From a phage, in the sequence record PZ452596.1: DNA of 64,000 nt; one strand, 5' to 3'. The notes under the pieces were generated by a model that was not told the DNA's origin, searched no databases, and was given only the letters and a program-made list of their open reading frames with translations. The position numbers and the translations under genes are program-made. Shown here one piece after another: positions 10,439 through 19,876 of the stretch; within the stretch, counting starts at the first letter, position 1; the number at the start of each line of letters is the position of its first letter.

Positions 10439-10708
10439 TTATCTAAGTAAACAGTATGCTTGGAACACTTTCTCCATCATCTTTTTAAATTCATGAATAT
10501 CTATATAATGACTAGTTAAATCAGCATGATATAAAAAGTCTAAAAACTTTTCATGTGTGCTAACATATTCACTTTCATTTAATTCAGAAACATGACTTTC
10601 CCAATATCCAACACCAGTCTTATTTGGGAAAAATGAAATTTTCATGTATTGGTCAACATAGAAAATGCCATAATTTTCAATAGTAATAGAAATATTAATA
10701 AATTTCAT
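10439..10708 (-). CDS. Hypothetical protein, 89 aa
   Basis: Track ORF. Confidence 0.5.
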   Translation of the reverse strand: MKFINISITIENYGIFYVDQYMKISFFPNKTGVGYWESHVSELNESEYVSTHEKFLDFLYHADLTSHYIDIHEFKKMMEKVFQAYCLLR

Positions 10709-10920
10709 ACATTCATCAACTTAGCCGCTTCAAGAGCTGCATCTAGTGAATCAAATTGGTCAACATATTCAATCAATTCGCCATAATTGGCATATAACCA
10801 CCATTGGCTAAATTCATACTCAAGGATGAATCCGTTTCCTTCAATTTGAGTTAAACCAATGCCATTTGTATTTACTTCATACCCAGCAAGACGTAAATCG
10901 TTAATAAGAGCTTCGTTCAT
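10705..10920 (-). CDS. Hypothetical protein, 71 aa
   Basis: Track ORF; 4-nt start/stop overlap. Confidence 0.5.
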   Translation of the reverse strand: MNEALINDLRLAGYEVNTNGIGLTQIEGNGFILEYEFSQWWLYANYGELIEYVDQFDSLDAALEAAKLMNV

Positions 10921-10922
10921 AA

Positions 10923-11249
10923 TTATACCTTAGTAATTTTCAGGTCTGCAAATTTTTTCTTGCGTTGATTTTTCATGCGACGAATAGTTTTATCGGAAAT
11001 TTCATGCTTTTGATAAGCTTTAGATTCTACACCAAAAGCTTTAACATCAAATTCTGACAAGATATATTGAACTAACAATTCACGGATAGTATTACGTCCA
11101 ATCTTCTGTTCATTCTGTTTCATCGTCTGATGAAGCTCTTTTTCCCATTTATCCAAAATTTGAGGAGTTACAATATCGCCTTTTTCTAGCAAAGAAACTA
11201 CTTTATCATATGCGAAATTATTGATGGCGTTTTTAATTTGAATAGTCAT
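10923..11249 (-). CDS. Hypothetical protein, 108 aa
   Basis: Track ORF. Confidence 0.5.
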   Translation of the reverse strand: MTIQIKNAINNFAYDKVVSLLEKGDIVTPQILDKWEKELHQTMKQNEQKIGRNTIRELLVQYILSEFDVKAFGVESKAYQKHEISDKTIRRMKNQRKKKFADLKITKV

Positions 11250-11270
11250 ACATTATCCTCAATTACGTTA

Positions 11271-11304
11271 AAATTTTATTATCCAAAAAAGGGCCGAAGC
11301 CCTT
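11271..11304 (-). terminator. Rho-independent terminator (GGGC-UUCG-GCCC hairpin plus UUUUUGG)
   Basis: Hairpin overlapping the stop of ORF 11303..11503, followed by a T-run on the transcribed strand. Confidence 0.45.
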
Positions 11305-11503
11305 AGCTAAACTTTTTGGCACCCTTCCAGCCTTCATACATCATTGCGACTGACAATGACAAAGCTCCTTCACATGCTGCATACTTATTATTCCAGAACC
11401 AATTTAGAAAAACTTCATCCTCAATACCATTGTGTTTCATGTTCTGGAAAAATTTGGCGCGTTCTTCACGAAGCTTTTGCGATAACATAGATTCAGGATT
11501 CAT
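11303..11503 (-). CDS. Hypothetical protein, 66 aa
   Basis: Track ORF. Confidence 0.5.
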   Translation of the reverse strand: MNPESMLSQKLREERAKFFQNMKHNGIEDEVFLNWFWNNKYAACEGALSLSVAMMYEGWKGAKKFS

Positions 11504-11635
11504 TTAAATTTTCCAATTACCGTTTTCATCAATGAATTTAATCCAGTCATTTACTGACCACTTAGTTGTATCACCTTTTGGAGTAACATTTAAAGTGTAT
11601 AGCCCTTGCTTAAAAAGCATTCGTTTGATATTCAT
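11504..11635 (-). CDS. Small hypothetical protein, 43 aa (MNIKRMLFKQGLYTLNVTPKGD...)
   Basis: Internal ATG of track ORF 11504..11719, preceded by RBS GAGGAA. Confidence 0.3.
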   Translation of the reverse strand: MNIKRMLFKQGLYTLNVTPKGDTTKWSVNDWIKFIDENGNWKI

Positions 11636-11642
11636 AATTTCC

Positions 11643-11936
11643 TCAGCTATAACGATAACACTCGTTTGATTTACGTTTAGCAACTCGTTGAGAAGTATTA
11701 TAATCAAAATCATCGTCAATGTAAACTGATTTTTTCAACTTTCTTACTTCACCACGTAATTGGCGATTTAGCTCATCTTTAACTTCTGAATCAATACCTT
11801 TCATTCTACGCCATTTATCTGAGCGAAAAATGTTTTCAACCATATCTTTATGACTTACACCGTCTGGAGCTTTACGCTTTCCAAAATAGTCATAATCACG
11901 CACTTTTAAGTCTTTACGACGATACGTTTTACCCAT
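11643..11936 (-). CDS. Hypothetical basic protein, 97 aa
   Basis: Track ORF 11643..11981 trimmed to MGKTYRRKDLKV. Confidence 0.45.
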   Translation of the reverse strand: MGKTYRRKDLKVRDYDYFGKRKAPDGVSHKDMVENIFRSDKWRRMKGIDSEVKDELNRQLRGEVRKLKKSVYIDDDFDYNTSQRVAKRKSNECYRYS

Positions 11937-12104
11937 GGAGTTTAATTTCCTTAGCAACTGAACTAAATACAGCACGATCACAAATCATACGTTTGTTCCA
12001 TTTAATCACAGTATAATGAACATCTAAATCATCGACTGCTGTAACAATAACGATATGTCCGTTAACACGATAGTACTGGTCAATTTTAATCTCTTTATCA
12101 ACCA
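11928..12104 (-). CDS. Small hypothetical ORF, 58 aa (MVDKEIKIDQYYRVNGHIVIV...)
   Basis: Hand-translated; RBS GAGGA; immediately downstream of the early promoter at 12136-12165. Confidence 0.4.
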
Positions 12105-12135
12105 TATCAATTCCTCAAAGGTAATTCATATGTTA

Positions 12136-12165
12136 ATAATACCACGGTTTGAACTTGTTGTAAAC
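12136..12165 (-). promoter_or_regulatory. T4-type early promoter (GTTTACA - 17 nt - TATTAT)
   Basis: Sigma70-like -35/-10 with T4 early-promoter GTTTAC -35 on the minus strand. Confidence 0.5.
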
Positions 12166-12227
12166 AACTTTGTGAAAAATATTTTAGGGAATGACAAGAA
12201 GGGAACGATAGCTTAGAATGGTAATAT

Positions 12228-12260
12228 ACAGAATGCGAGAAAGAAAGGCCCAGAGGGCCC
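12228..12260 (-). terminator. Rho-independent terminator after nrdH
   Basis: GGCCC-loop-GGGCC hairpin followed by UUUCUUUCU on the transcribed strand. Confidence 0.4.
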
Positions 12261-12263
12261 GTC

Positions 12264-12572
12264 TTAATCTTCTATGATATCTCTATCATATCCAAGTGAA
12301 ATGAGAGTTTCTTTGAAGTGTTTAATGTTCTTTTGTCTAGAATCATTAATGAAAATGACTGGATAACGAATGTTAAGAGATGTGAATCCAGCGCGTTTAG
12401 CAAGAGATACAATCAGTGGACGATCATACTCAATCTTACCGTTATTTGTAAGAACTTTATAGAAAGTAAAAGGAGCATTGAGCTCCTTTAGAAGTTTTGT
12501 AACTGATTGACATCCAGGACAACGACCTACTTCATCTGGAATTCCATAGACTTCAATCTTATTTTGTTTCAC
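12264..12572 (-). CDS. nrdH: Glutaredoxin-like protein NrdH
   Basis: 102-aa ORF with CPGC redox motif; apparent GTG start; next to nrdG. Confidence 0.75.
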   Translation of the reverse strand: MKQNKIEVYGIPDEVGRCPGCQSVTKLLKELNAPFTFYKVLTNNGKIEYDRPLIVSLAKRAGFTSLNIRYPVIFINDSRQKNIKHFKETLISLGYDRDIIED

Positions 12573-12574
12573 AA

Positions 12575-12787
12575 CTATTCCTTACTAAGAGCAGCATTCA
12601 GCTTGTTAGTAATTTTATCCAGACGCTCATTAAACTCACTAGAAGATAAGCCCTTTTCTGGAGAAATTAAACTAATCACGAAAAATATAGCAATAAAAGG
12701 AATAAGGAAAATAGCTCCAACTGCCATAAACAGAAAGAATGTTACAGTTGTAAGAAAATCAGCTAAACCTTTACGAAATTTATACAT
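12575..12787 (-). CDS. Small hydrophobic membrane protein, 70 aa
   Basis: Track ORF; long hydrophobic segment. Confidence 0.5.
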   Translation of the reverse strand: MYKFRKGLADFLTTVTFFLFMAVGAIFLIPFIAIFFVISLISPEKGLSSSEFNERLDKITNKLNAALSKE

Positions 12788-12902
12788 ATTTTACCCTTAA
12801 TTGATTAACCAAGCATTGATAAGCACTAAACTATATTGGGAATAAAATTCTGGACCAAAATGAAAAATCATATCATTTATAGTATCCATAATATAATTCA
12901 AT

Positions 12903-13373
12903 TTAATCATGTTTCCACACCCCATCGGTATTTGACCAAAGTCGCTGATTGTCTGATCCTCGCCACAGCTTTTTGGTCGGAAGATTTTTCTCATACTTCC
13001 CATCAATAATAACATCAACATATTTAAGCATTTCTAGTTGTTTAATATCTTCAAACTTATATCCTGTCCACAACCAAATGCTTTTATTGGGATAAAGATT
13101 TTTTACTGTTTGAACGATGCAATGAATAACATCTCGGTTATCAGGATAGAGAGGGTCACCTCCGGTTATAGTCAATCCTTCTATATAATCATTATTCAAA
13201 CATTCAATTAATTGTTCTAGTGTCTCTCCAGTGAATGGAACACCATTTCTAGCATTCCATGTTGATTTATTATAACACCCTTCGCATTTATGCAAACAAC
13301 CTGTAACGAAAAGAACGACCCTGCAACCAGGGCCATTAACAAAATCGCAAGGATAAAATCTATCATAATTCAT
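12903..13373 (-). CDS. nrdG: Anaerobic ribonucleotide reductase activase NrdG (radical SAM)
   Basis: 156-aa ORF with CLHKCEGC (CxxxCxxC) motif. Confidence 0.9.
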   Translation of the reverse strand: MNYDRFYPCDFVNGPGCRVVLFVTGCLHKCEGCYNKSTWNARNGVPFTGETLEQLIECLNNDYIEGLTITGGDPLYPDNRDVIHCIVQTVKNLYPNKSIWLWTGYKFEDIKQLEMLKYVDVIIDGKYEKNLPTKKLWRGSDNQRLWSNTDGVWKHD

Positions 13374-15187
13374 TGGTGCTTAACCCTATGCATGATTTCT
13401 TTATTTTTACCGAGATTAAATCCGCGTTCGTTCGGATTTCCCAAATAACCACATGTTCTTCTTATGGTATTCATCTTTTTAGGATCAGTTTCTCCACAAA
13501 TAGAACAAACAAATCCGTTTTCAGTAGGAGTCATTTCATGGGTACTTCCGCATGTAAAACATTTATCTACCGGCATGTTAACACCAAAATAATCTAAATG
13601 TTGTGCAGCATAATCCCATACGGCCTCAAGGCCTTTCAAGTTATTTTTCATATCAGGAAGTTCAACATAAGAAATGTGACCACCTGTCGCAATGAAATGA
13701 TATGGCGCTTCACGAGAAATCTTTTCAAACGGAGTAATATTTTCTTCTACTGAAACATGGAAACTGTTAGTGTACCAGCCTTTATCGGTAACATCTTTTA
13801 CGCTTCCATATTTTTCTGTATCGAGTTTACAGAAGCGATAACAAAGGTTTTCAGCAGGAGTCGAATATAAACTAAAAGCAAATCCAGTTCTTTCAGTCCA
13901 CTGTTTAAGATGAGCATTCATTTTAGTTAAAATTTCTTGTCCAATATCACGACCGACAAGAATATTCAATTCGTGAATACCAATGTATCCCAAAGACACT
14001 GAACTTCTGCCGTTTTTAAATAACTCAATTATATCGTCATCAGGTTTAAGACGAACCCCAAATGCACCTTCTTGGTAAAGAATAGGAGCAACAGTAGCTT
14101 TAACTCCTTTTAAGGAACTAATTCTACACATCAAAGCTTCAAAACACAGATCCATTCGTTCATTGAATAATTCAACAAATTTCTGTTCATTGAACTGTGT
14201 TCCAATATAAGAATCTAACGCGATGCGAGGAAGATTCAGTGTTACAACACCAAGATTATTACGTCCATCAAGAATTTCATTACCAGTCGAATCTTTCCAT
14301 ACGCTCAAGAAACTACGGCATCCCATCGGAGAAACAGGAACAGATGAACCAGTGATAGCTTTATTGTTCTTAGCTGAAATAATATCAGGATACATCCTTT
14401 TGCTTGCACACTCTAGAGCAAGCTGCTTAATATCATAGTTCGGATCGTCTTTGTAAAGATTAACGCCTTCTTCGACGAACATAACAAGCTTAGGAAAAAT
14501 AGGAGTTATCCCATCACGACCAAGACCTTTAATACGATTTTTCAGAATTGCTTTCTGAATCATTCGTTCAGTCCAGTCAGTTCCCGTACCAAATGTAATT
14601 GTTACAAAAGGTGTTTGTCCGTTTGAACTAAAGAGAGTATTTACTTCATATTCATAAGCTTGGAATGCATCGTATACGTCTTTTTCTGTTTTAGATTGAG
14701 CATAATTCAACGCATCAGCGATTTGCCATTTTTCTGCATCCTCAATATGTTTTGCATAGGTGCGTTTAACATAAGGAGAAAGTACTTTATCTACATTCGC
14801 AAAAGTCGTTCCGCCATATTGATGGGAAGCAACTTGCGCAGTAATTTGTGCCATAATTGCAGTAGCAACACCGATTGATTTAGGAGTTTCAATCTGCGCA
14901 TTACCAAGCTTAAATCCGTTCTCAAGCATTCCTTTTAAATCTACTAAACAACAATTAGTAAATGGAAGAGCAGGGGAATAATCAATATCATGGAAATGAA
15001 TAATTCCGCTTTCATGCGCTTTCATAATAAAAGACGGGACCATATTTTTGGCAATGTGTTTAGACACAATACCAGCCATAAGGTCCCGTTGAGTTGGAAA
15101 AACACGAGAATCTTTATTAGCATTCTCGTTTAAAAGGTCTTTATTAGTTTTATGAATCAATCCTTCAATTTCTTTTTCAATTGTCAT
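13370..15187 (-). CDS. nrdD: Anaerobic (class III) ribonucleotide reductase NrdD, uninterrupted ORF
   Basis: 605-aa ORF with C-terminal glycyl-radical motif RRTCGYLG; no intron-like interruption. Confidence 0.9.
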   Translation of the reverse strand: MTIEKEIEGLIHKTNKDLLNENANKDSRVFPTQRDLMAGIVSKHIAKNMVPSFIMKAHESGIIHFHDIDYSPALPFTNCCLVDLKGMLENGFKLGNAQIETPKSIGVATAIMAQITAQVASHQYGGTTFANVDKVLSPYVKRTYAKHIEDAEKWQIADALNYAQSKTEKDVYDAFQAYEYEVNTLFSSNGQTPFVTITFGTGTDWTERMIQKAILKNRIKGLGRDGITPIFPKLVMFVEEGVNLYKDDPNYDIKQLALECASKRMYPDIISAKNNKAITGSSVPVSPMGCRSFLSVWKDSTGNEILDGRNNLGVVTLNLPRIALDSYIGTQFNEQKFVELFNERMDLCFEALMCRISSLKGVKATVAPILYQEGAFGVRLKPDDDIIELFKNGRSSVSLGYIGIHELNILVGRDIGQEILTKMNAHLKQWTERTGFAFSLYSTPAENLCYRFCKLDTEKYGSVKDVTDKGWYTNSFHVSVEENITPFEKISREAPYHFIATGGHISYVELPDMKNNLKGLEAVWDYAAQHLDYFGVNMPVDKCFTCGSTHEMTPTENGFVCSICGETDPKKMNTIRRTCGYLGNPNERGFNLGKNKEIMHRVKHQ

Positions 15188-15657
15188 TTTAAACTCTTTC
15201 TAAGCTGCTTCTTAAATGAAGCTATTAACTGTGTTTTGGTGTCAGATTCATTATATTCAAATCCTCTTTGAAGCATCTCGGCCATCATTTCCTCTTTTCC
15301 TAAACGAGAAAATTCCTTTGATTTATCTCCAACAAAGTTAGGGTGAATATTATTTTGGGTGTAATCGGATTTTAAATAAGTAAGTAAATTTTCTAACCAT
15401 TCAAGATAATCAACACCCTGTCCCTTTAAGCCAGAACGATTAAATTTATGCTTCATTTGACCTTCTGCGGCATTGCAGAGATTACAAAGCAATCCACGTA
15501 CCTTTCCTGCTTTTGGTCCATTTAATTCATGGTCATGGTCGAGGTGATTAGCTTGAACATCAGGATTTAGTTCTCGTTGGCAAATTAAGCATTTACCGTT
15601 TTGTGCATTATAAAATTTTTGTTTTTCTTCTTTGTATAATTTGCCAGTCAATAACAT
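15184..15657 (-). CDS. 49: Endonuclease VII (Holliday junction resolvase) gp49
   Basis: 157-aa ORF MLLTGKLYKEEKQKF...CLICQRELNPDVQANHLDHDHELNGP...; matches remembered T4 endo VII almost exactly. Confidence 0.9.
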   Translation of the reverse strand: MLLTGKLYKEEKQKFYNAQNGKCLICQRELNPDVQANHLDHDHELNGPKAGKVRGLLCNLCNAAEGQMKHKFNRSGLKGQGVDYLEWLENLLTYLKSDYTQNNIHPNFVGDKSKEFSRLGKEEMMAEMLQRGFEYNESDTKTQLIASFKKQLRKSLK

Positions 15658-15698
15658 AATAAACCCTTACCTTAAATAGATAAGGGTATTTATTATTT

Positions 15699-16184
15699 TC
15701 AAGTATTGTAAAACATTTGATGCAATCGCTTATATTGCCGAATCTTTTGGTCAGAAAAAGAAATTTGAGTTTCAAGCCATTCAATGTACTCTGCGGCAGC
15801 TTGCATTAAATTTCCTTCATAGCCATCGTTATTTTCTTGTGCAGCTAATTTAGCTAATGCGTATGAAATACGTTCACCTTGAAAATCGGCTTTAGGCTTC
15901 TGAACAACTTGATTAGTTCGCTCTACAACTTCTTCAATTTCGCCGTTTTCGACTGATTCAGTATTCCACAAACACCAATACGTAATTGGCTTATCGTAGA
16001 TGTTAATAATCTTTCCGTCGGAAAGTTCAATTTCAATAATTCCAGTATCAGGTTCTATATCATCTTCACATTCTTTTGCAAGTTCACGAACTTTAAAGAC
16101 AGTACCTGCACTAAGTTCCGGCCAGTAATTACACAGCCCTGTATCAACACGATTAATTCTAAACCACTTATCTACTGTAATCAT
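15699..16184 (-). CDS. pin: Pin-like protein (Lon protease inhibitor position), 161 aa
   Basis: Track ORF trimmed to MITVDKWFRINRVDTG; assigned by size and position between 49 and nrdC. Confidence 0.45.
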   Translation of the reverse strand: MITVDKWFRINRVDTGLCNYWPELSAGTVFKVRELAKECEDDIEPDTGIIEIELSDGKIINIYDKPITYWCLWNTESVENGEIEEVVERTNQVVQKPKADFQGERISYALAKLAAQENNDGYEGNLMQAAAEYIEWLETQISFSDQKIRQYKRLHQMFYNT

Positions 16185-16307
16185 GTCCCATCTCCATATC
16201 AATTATGTCATTTATTGTAGGTTCATTATATACTGTTTCTTCATCAGTGTAAACCGGTTCTTCCGGCTCTGGCTCTACAGTTTCCCATCTAGCCGCCCAC
16301 CAGGGTT

Positions 16308-16628
16308 TTATAGCGTAATCCATTCTCGTACTGTCTGAGTTACTACACGTTCTCGAGGTTCGACTAGTTCAACAGTCGGAACTGCATAATACCAGTCAGA
16401 ATGATAAGAACCTGAACGGCATTCATTTACGGAAACATGTACATTATGTTTTGGACTAAAATAAACACACTGACGATATTGGCATTTACCGTCTTGCACC
16501 CAGTCTTCTATTTCGACAGGTTTAAGATAATCGGAAAAATCGAAATCATAGTTTTCTGAAAATGCATCATGGTCTTCAATGATTTCACTCAGAACTGCAT
16601 CAACATCTAATTTATTTTCAATAGTCAT
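16308..16628 (-). CDS. Hypothetical protein, 106 aa
   Basis: Track ORF. Confidence 0.5.
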   Translation of the reverse strand: MTIENKLDVDAVLSEIIEDHDAFSENYDFDFSDYLKPVEIEDWVQDGKCQYRQCVYFSPKHNVHVSVNECRSGSYHSDWYYAVPTVELVEPRERVVTQTVREWITL

Positions 16629-16638
16629 TTTTCACCAA

Positions 16639-16809
16639 TTAATTTCGCAATTTATTAAGTTCTTCATCATCAATCCAGGATTCTAGTCCTGATGGCAGGT
16701 CACATTCAATTTCCCAAAGAAGTTCTTCAATTTTCTGAAGACGTTCTAGTTCTTCGGCTGGAATAGTAACCATTGACGGAGCTCGTGATACATTAATATC
16801 GTAAATCAT
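16639..16809 (-). CDS. Small hypothetical ORF, 56 aa (MIYDINVSRAPSMVTIPAEELERLQK...)
   Basis: Hand-translated; fills the gap between track ORFs. Confidence 0.3.
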   Translation of the reverse strand: MIYDINVSRAPSMVTIPAEELERLQKIEELLWEIECDLPSGLESWIDDEELNKLRN

Positions 16810-16811
16810 AT

Positions 16812-17027
16812 TTACCCCAATTTAACCATACAATCGCCGTATTTCCACTTAGAAATAGACTTTTCACCATTAGAATAATAAACTTCGAGTTTAGCACGAT
16901 TATTTTTAATTTGAATAACCTTTGCTGTCATCAAAGTTCCATACCCATAATAAACTGCAACTTCATCACCTACATATACCGCGCTTCCGCGGTAATCGTG
17001 AATATAGTCAGTTCCTTCGAGCATCAT
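16812..17027 (-). CDS. Hypothetical protein, 71 aa
   Basis: Track ORF; 4-nt overlap with nrdC start. Confidence 0.5.
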   Translation of the reverse strand: MMLEGTDYIHDYRGSAVYVGDEVAVYYGYGTLMTAKVIQIKNNRAKLEVYYSNGEKSISKWKYGDCMVKLG

Positions 17028-17287
17028 TTAAAATATTCTCGCAGTTGGTCAAATCCACCAATATGACTTCCATCAGGAGCAAATACCTGGGGCATTGTCA
17101 AGCCGATTTGAGTATCACGACCTAGTTTAGTCAGAAGCTCAGCGATTTTCTCATCATCAAAAACACCTTTTTCCGGCATAATGTTGATAAATTCAAACGG
17201 CTGTTTCTTCACGGTCAAAAGACGTTTTGCATTATCGCAATACACACATTTATGGATGTTGCTATCATAACCATATACTTTAAACAT
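17024..17287 (-). CDS. nrdC: Thioredoxin/glutaredoxin NrdC
   Basis: 87-aa ORF MFKVYGYDSNIHKCVYCDNAKRLL... with CVYC redox motif. Confidence 0.85.
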   Translation of the reverse strand: MFKVYGYDSNIHKCVYCDNAKRLLTVKKQPFEFINIMPEKGVFDDEKIAELLTKLGRDTQIGLTMPQVFAPDGSHIGGFDQLREYFK

Positions 17288-17288
17288 A

Positions 17289-17531
17289 TTATTCCTTAAT
17301 TCCTAGTACTTGTTTAAAAGTCTCGTCGTAATCAAGACTTTGGCCCGTTTGTTCTTTATGTTTGTATATAATATCACTTACTTCTGATAGCATATTTTTA
17401 TATGAACGAGTTAAAGCTGATTTAAGCACGCTGTATCTATCAGGAAATTTACCATGTTCATTATAATAAGCTATTGCTAATTCGCGGACTGCCTTTTCAG
17501 CAGTCTCCATATATTCTTTACGCTTTGTCAT
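17289..17531 (-). CDS. Hypothetical protein, 80 aa
   Basis: Track ORF 17289..17672 trimmed to [13 protein letters not shown]. Confidence 0.4.
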
Positions 17532-17832
17532 TTTCTTCTTGGTCAAATCGGTGTTTACAATGGCGGCATTTATAACGAAGATTATTAGTCTGCCAATGGA
17601 CCAATTGCACCTGTTCAGTTCCACATTCAGGGCAATTAGGAACGTTTTTAGAAGCCCTTTCGCGACGTTCAACCATGACCATTACAGAATCCCAATTAAT
17701 AGGGCTGCTATAATCATCACAACCGTGAATCTTTCCACGCATTTCCAAATTGTCTTCTTCACCAGCCATAATAATTTTAATTAGACTAGAATTACTTGAA
17801 GCTGCAATGTCTTCTAATAGACGCTTTTTCAT
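17518..17832 (-). CDS. Small zinc-ribbon protein, 104 aa
   Basis: CPECG...CRHCKH Cys4 pattern. Confidence 0.5.
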
Positions 17833-18755
17833 TTCAATACCTCAATAGCATTACGTAAACCATTTGCTTTTGCATTAAGAGCTTTTAACAATTTGGTGTG
17901 TTCTGCAATTTGGGCTTCAACTTCAATCAAACGAGCATTGAGATATTCGCGTTCTTCTTTCATAGTATCATTCTCATGATTGGATTTTGGCGTAGGTTTA
18001 AATTCACTAGGGTCCTTTAATTTAATAACAAATTTAGTTTCAAACAGTGAAAGACCATAATTCGTATTATCATCAAAGGATTTGACTACATCCATATCAG
18101 ATAATAACACGTGTAAATTATAAGCCAAAGAACTAATAGTTTTATTGTGTTTATTAGCTTCGCGTGGTTTCATATACGGAAGATTTTTATATATCTCATG
18201 CGGAGCGCAAACGATAATTGACAATTCAAATTGTCCATTCTGGGACGATGGAGTGAATTTAGCCGTAACCCAGTCTTTTACATTCACATTAATAGTACGG
18301 TTATCACCATGACAAAACAGTCTACGAGAATGCTTAAAAAGCATATTCACATTATTATTAAATTCGTGTGAAAACTCACTGGCAAATTTTTCTTTACTAT
18401 TTTTAGAAAACCATTCTTCTAAATAAGTTCTTTTCACGTCATTAATAATATTAAATGTAACAACACTAGCATTTGATACATTAGTCTCAATGTAGCTTGG
18501 ATACATAAATTTTTTAACATTATTAACAGCTATCACAGAAGATAGTAATCGGGAACGTTTGAACCACTCGAGCAAAGAACCAAGAGAATGTGAATACGCA
18601 TTTTGTGTATCTTTACAAATATGGTTTTCCCATCCAATATAGTCTAAAAAATCACGAAGAATATTATTGATTACTGCTCTGTGTCCTATCTGATAATTAC
18701 GATATTTAGTAATAAGACTGTCAAAATAATCAATATAATGTTTACGAGTTTTCAT
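17829..18755 (-). CDS. Paralog family member P1: 308-aa protein with C-terminal coiled coil
   Basis: Track ORF; shares the SRRL...GD block and heptad-rich C-terminus with the next three genes. Confidence 0.6.
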   Translation of the reverse strand: MKTRKHYIDYFDSLITKYRNYQIGHRAVINNILRDFLDYIGWENHICKDTQNAYSHSLGSLLEWFKRSRLLSSVIAVNNVKKFMYPSYIETNVSNASVVTFNIINDVKRTYLEEWFSKNSKEKFASEFSHEFNNNVNMLFKHSRRLFCHGDNRTINVNVKDWVTAKFTPSSQNGQFELSIIVCAPHEIYKNLPYMKPREANKHNKTISSLAYNLHVLLSDMDVVKSFDDNTNYGLSLFETKFVIKLKDPSEFKPTPKSNHENDTMKEEREYLNARLIEVEAQIAEHTKLLKALNAKANGLRNAIEVLK

Positions 18756-18807
18756 GTTCTTCTCACTTGGTTAATGATTTATACTCCGAGCCATCCTTGG
18801 CTTTAAA

Positions 18808-19809
18808 TTACTTAATTAACTGTAAAGCTTGTTCCAGACGATCAAGACGATTAACAGATTCTTCCCAAATCTTTTTAGCCTGCTCATATTCTTTCTGCGC
18901 TTTATTAGAAATTTCTAGAACTTCTTTATAAGCTTTTTCTAGTGCAATAACTTCTGGACGAATTTCTATCGGTTCAGGTGAATCGTCAAGACATTCCATT
19001 AGTTCCTCAAGGGTAGTTTCTTCTTTAGGAGTATTCACAATTTCATCACATTTTTGTTGATAAATTTCTTTATCAGTAGGTGAGTACGCGCACTTTACTT
19101 CACGAAGACTAATTACAATTTTATATCCTTCCCAGCCGCATATATTCTTAAAAGGATATGTATGAATATTTTCTACTGTTTCCATACAAAGTAATGCGGT
19201 CTCTAATTGACGAGTTATAGTGCTAGCAATTGAGAAAAATTTATTAATGTTCTTTTGGTTAGTTTCTGGTGTAAAAAATCCATAATTCACAAAAATAGCT
19301 GCTTTATTTTTATCAAGTTCATATTCTTTTATGATAATCATATCAGAAGCCCAAGGATGAATTTGACGATAATCGCCATAGCATAATTTAGAAGCTGATT
19401 TTAAAATTTGCTTTTTGAAAAGTCTGAAATTACTGATCCAACGACGAGTAAAAATATTCTCAGGGTCTTCTTTATTATTAAGATGATAAGAATTAACATC
19501 ACCGAACCAATTATATCCTACTACATCTTTAGTTCGTTTAATTTCTTTCCCAAAATTACCAAGAATATCCCGATTAACCAAATATGAAAGAAGACGAGAC
19601 TCTTTAAAGGTTTTCTTGATAACATCTTTATCTACACGGCTAGAAATTTTATGAATTTCATGAATAAATTTAGTAGAAGAAACAATACTTGCATCAACAC
19701 TATTGAGCCATTGATTGATAATAGAAAGAACGACATTTTGACCAAACATCGGTATAGCTTTATCATCAATAACGCTATTGAATGATTTGATATATTCGTT
19801 ACGAGTCAT
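18808..19809 (-). CDS. Paralog family member P2, 333 aa
   Basis: Track ORF trimmed to MTRNEYIK (RBS GAGGAG, directly downstream of the early promoter at 19848-19876). Confidence 0.6.
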   Translation of the reverse strand: MTRNEYIKSFNSVIDDKAIPMFGQNVVLSIINQWLNSVDASIVSSTKFIHEIHKISSRVDKDVIKKTFKESRLLSYLVNRDILGNFGKEIKRTKDVVGYNWFGDVNSYHLNNKEDPENIFTRRWISNFRLFKKQILKSASKLCYGDYRQIHPWASDMIIIKEYELDKNKAAIFVNYGFFTPETNQKNINKFFSIASTITRQLETALLCMETVENIHTYPFKNICGWEGYKIVISLREVKCAYSPTDKEIYQQKCDEIVNTPKEETTLEELMECLDDSPEPIEIRPEVIALEKAYKEVLEISNKAQKEYEQAKKIWEESVNRLDRLEQALQLIK

Positions 19810-19847
19810 ATTAATCTCCTCAGTAGAAAGTAAGAACATTATACCAC

Positions 19848-19876
19848 ATCCTTGTGGCAAAGTAAACTAGTTCAGT
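19848..19876 (-). promoter_or_regulatory. T4-type early promoter (TTTACT - 17 nt - TATAAT)
   Basis: Seen on the minus strand just upstream of the P2 RBS. Confidence 0.5.

Noticed and set aside
12797-13021. ORF 12797..13021 overlapping the nrdG 3' end; also alternative-frame ORF 30136..30321
   Set aside because: Mostly overlap better-supported genes in another frame; only a short tail would be unique.
13370-15187. Searched for a group I intron/homing endonuclease interrupting nrdD, as in T4
   Set aside because: The ORF is continuous and full length (605 aa) with an intact C-terminal glycyl-radical motif.
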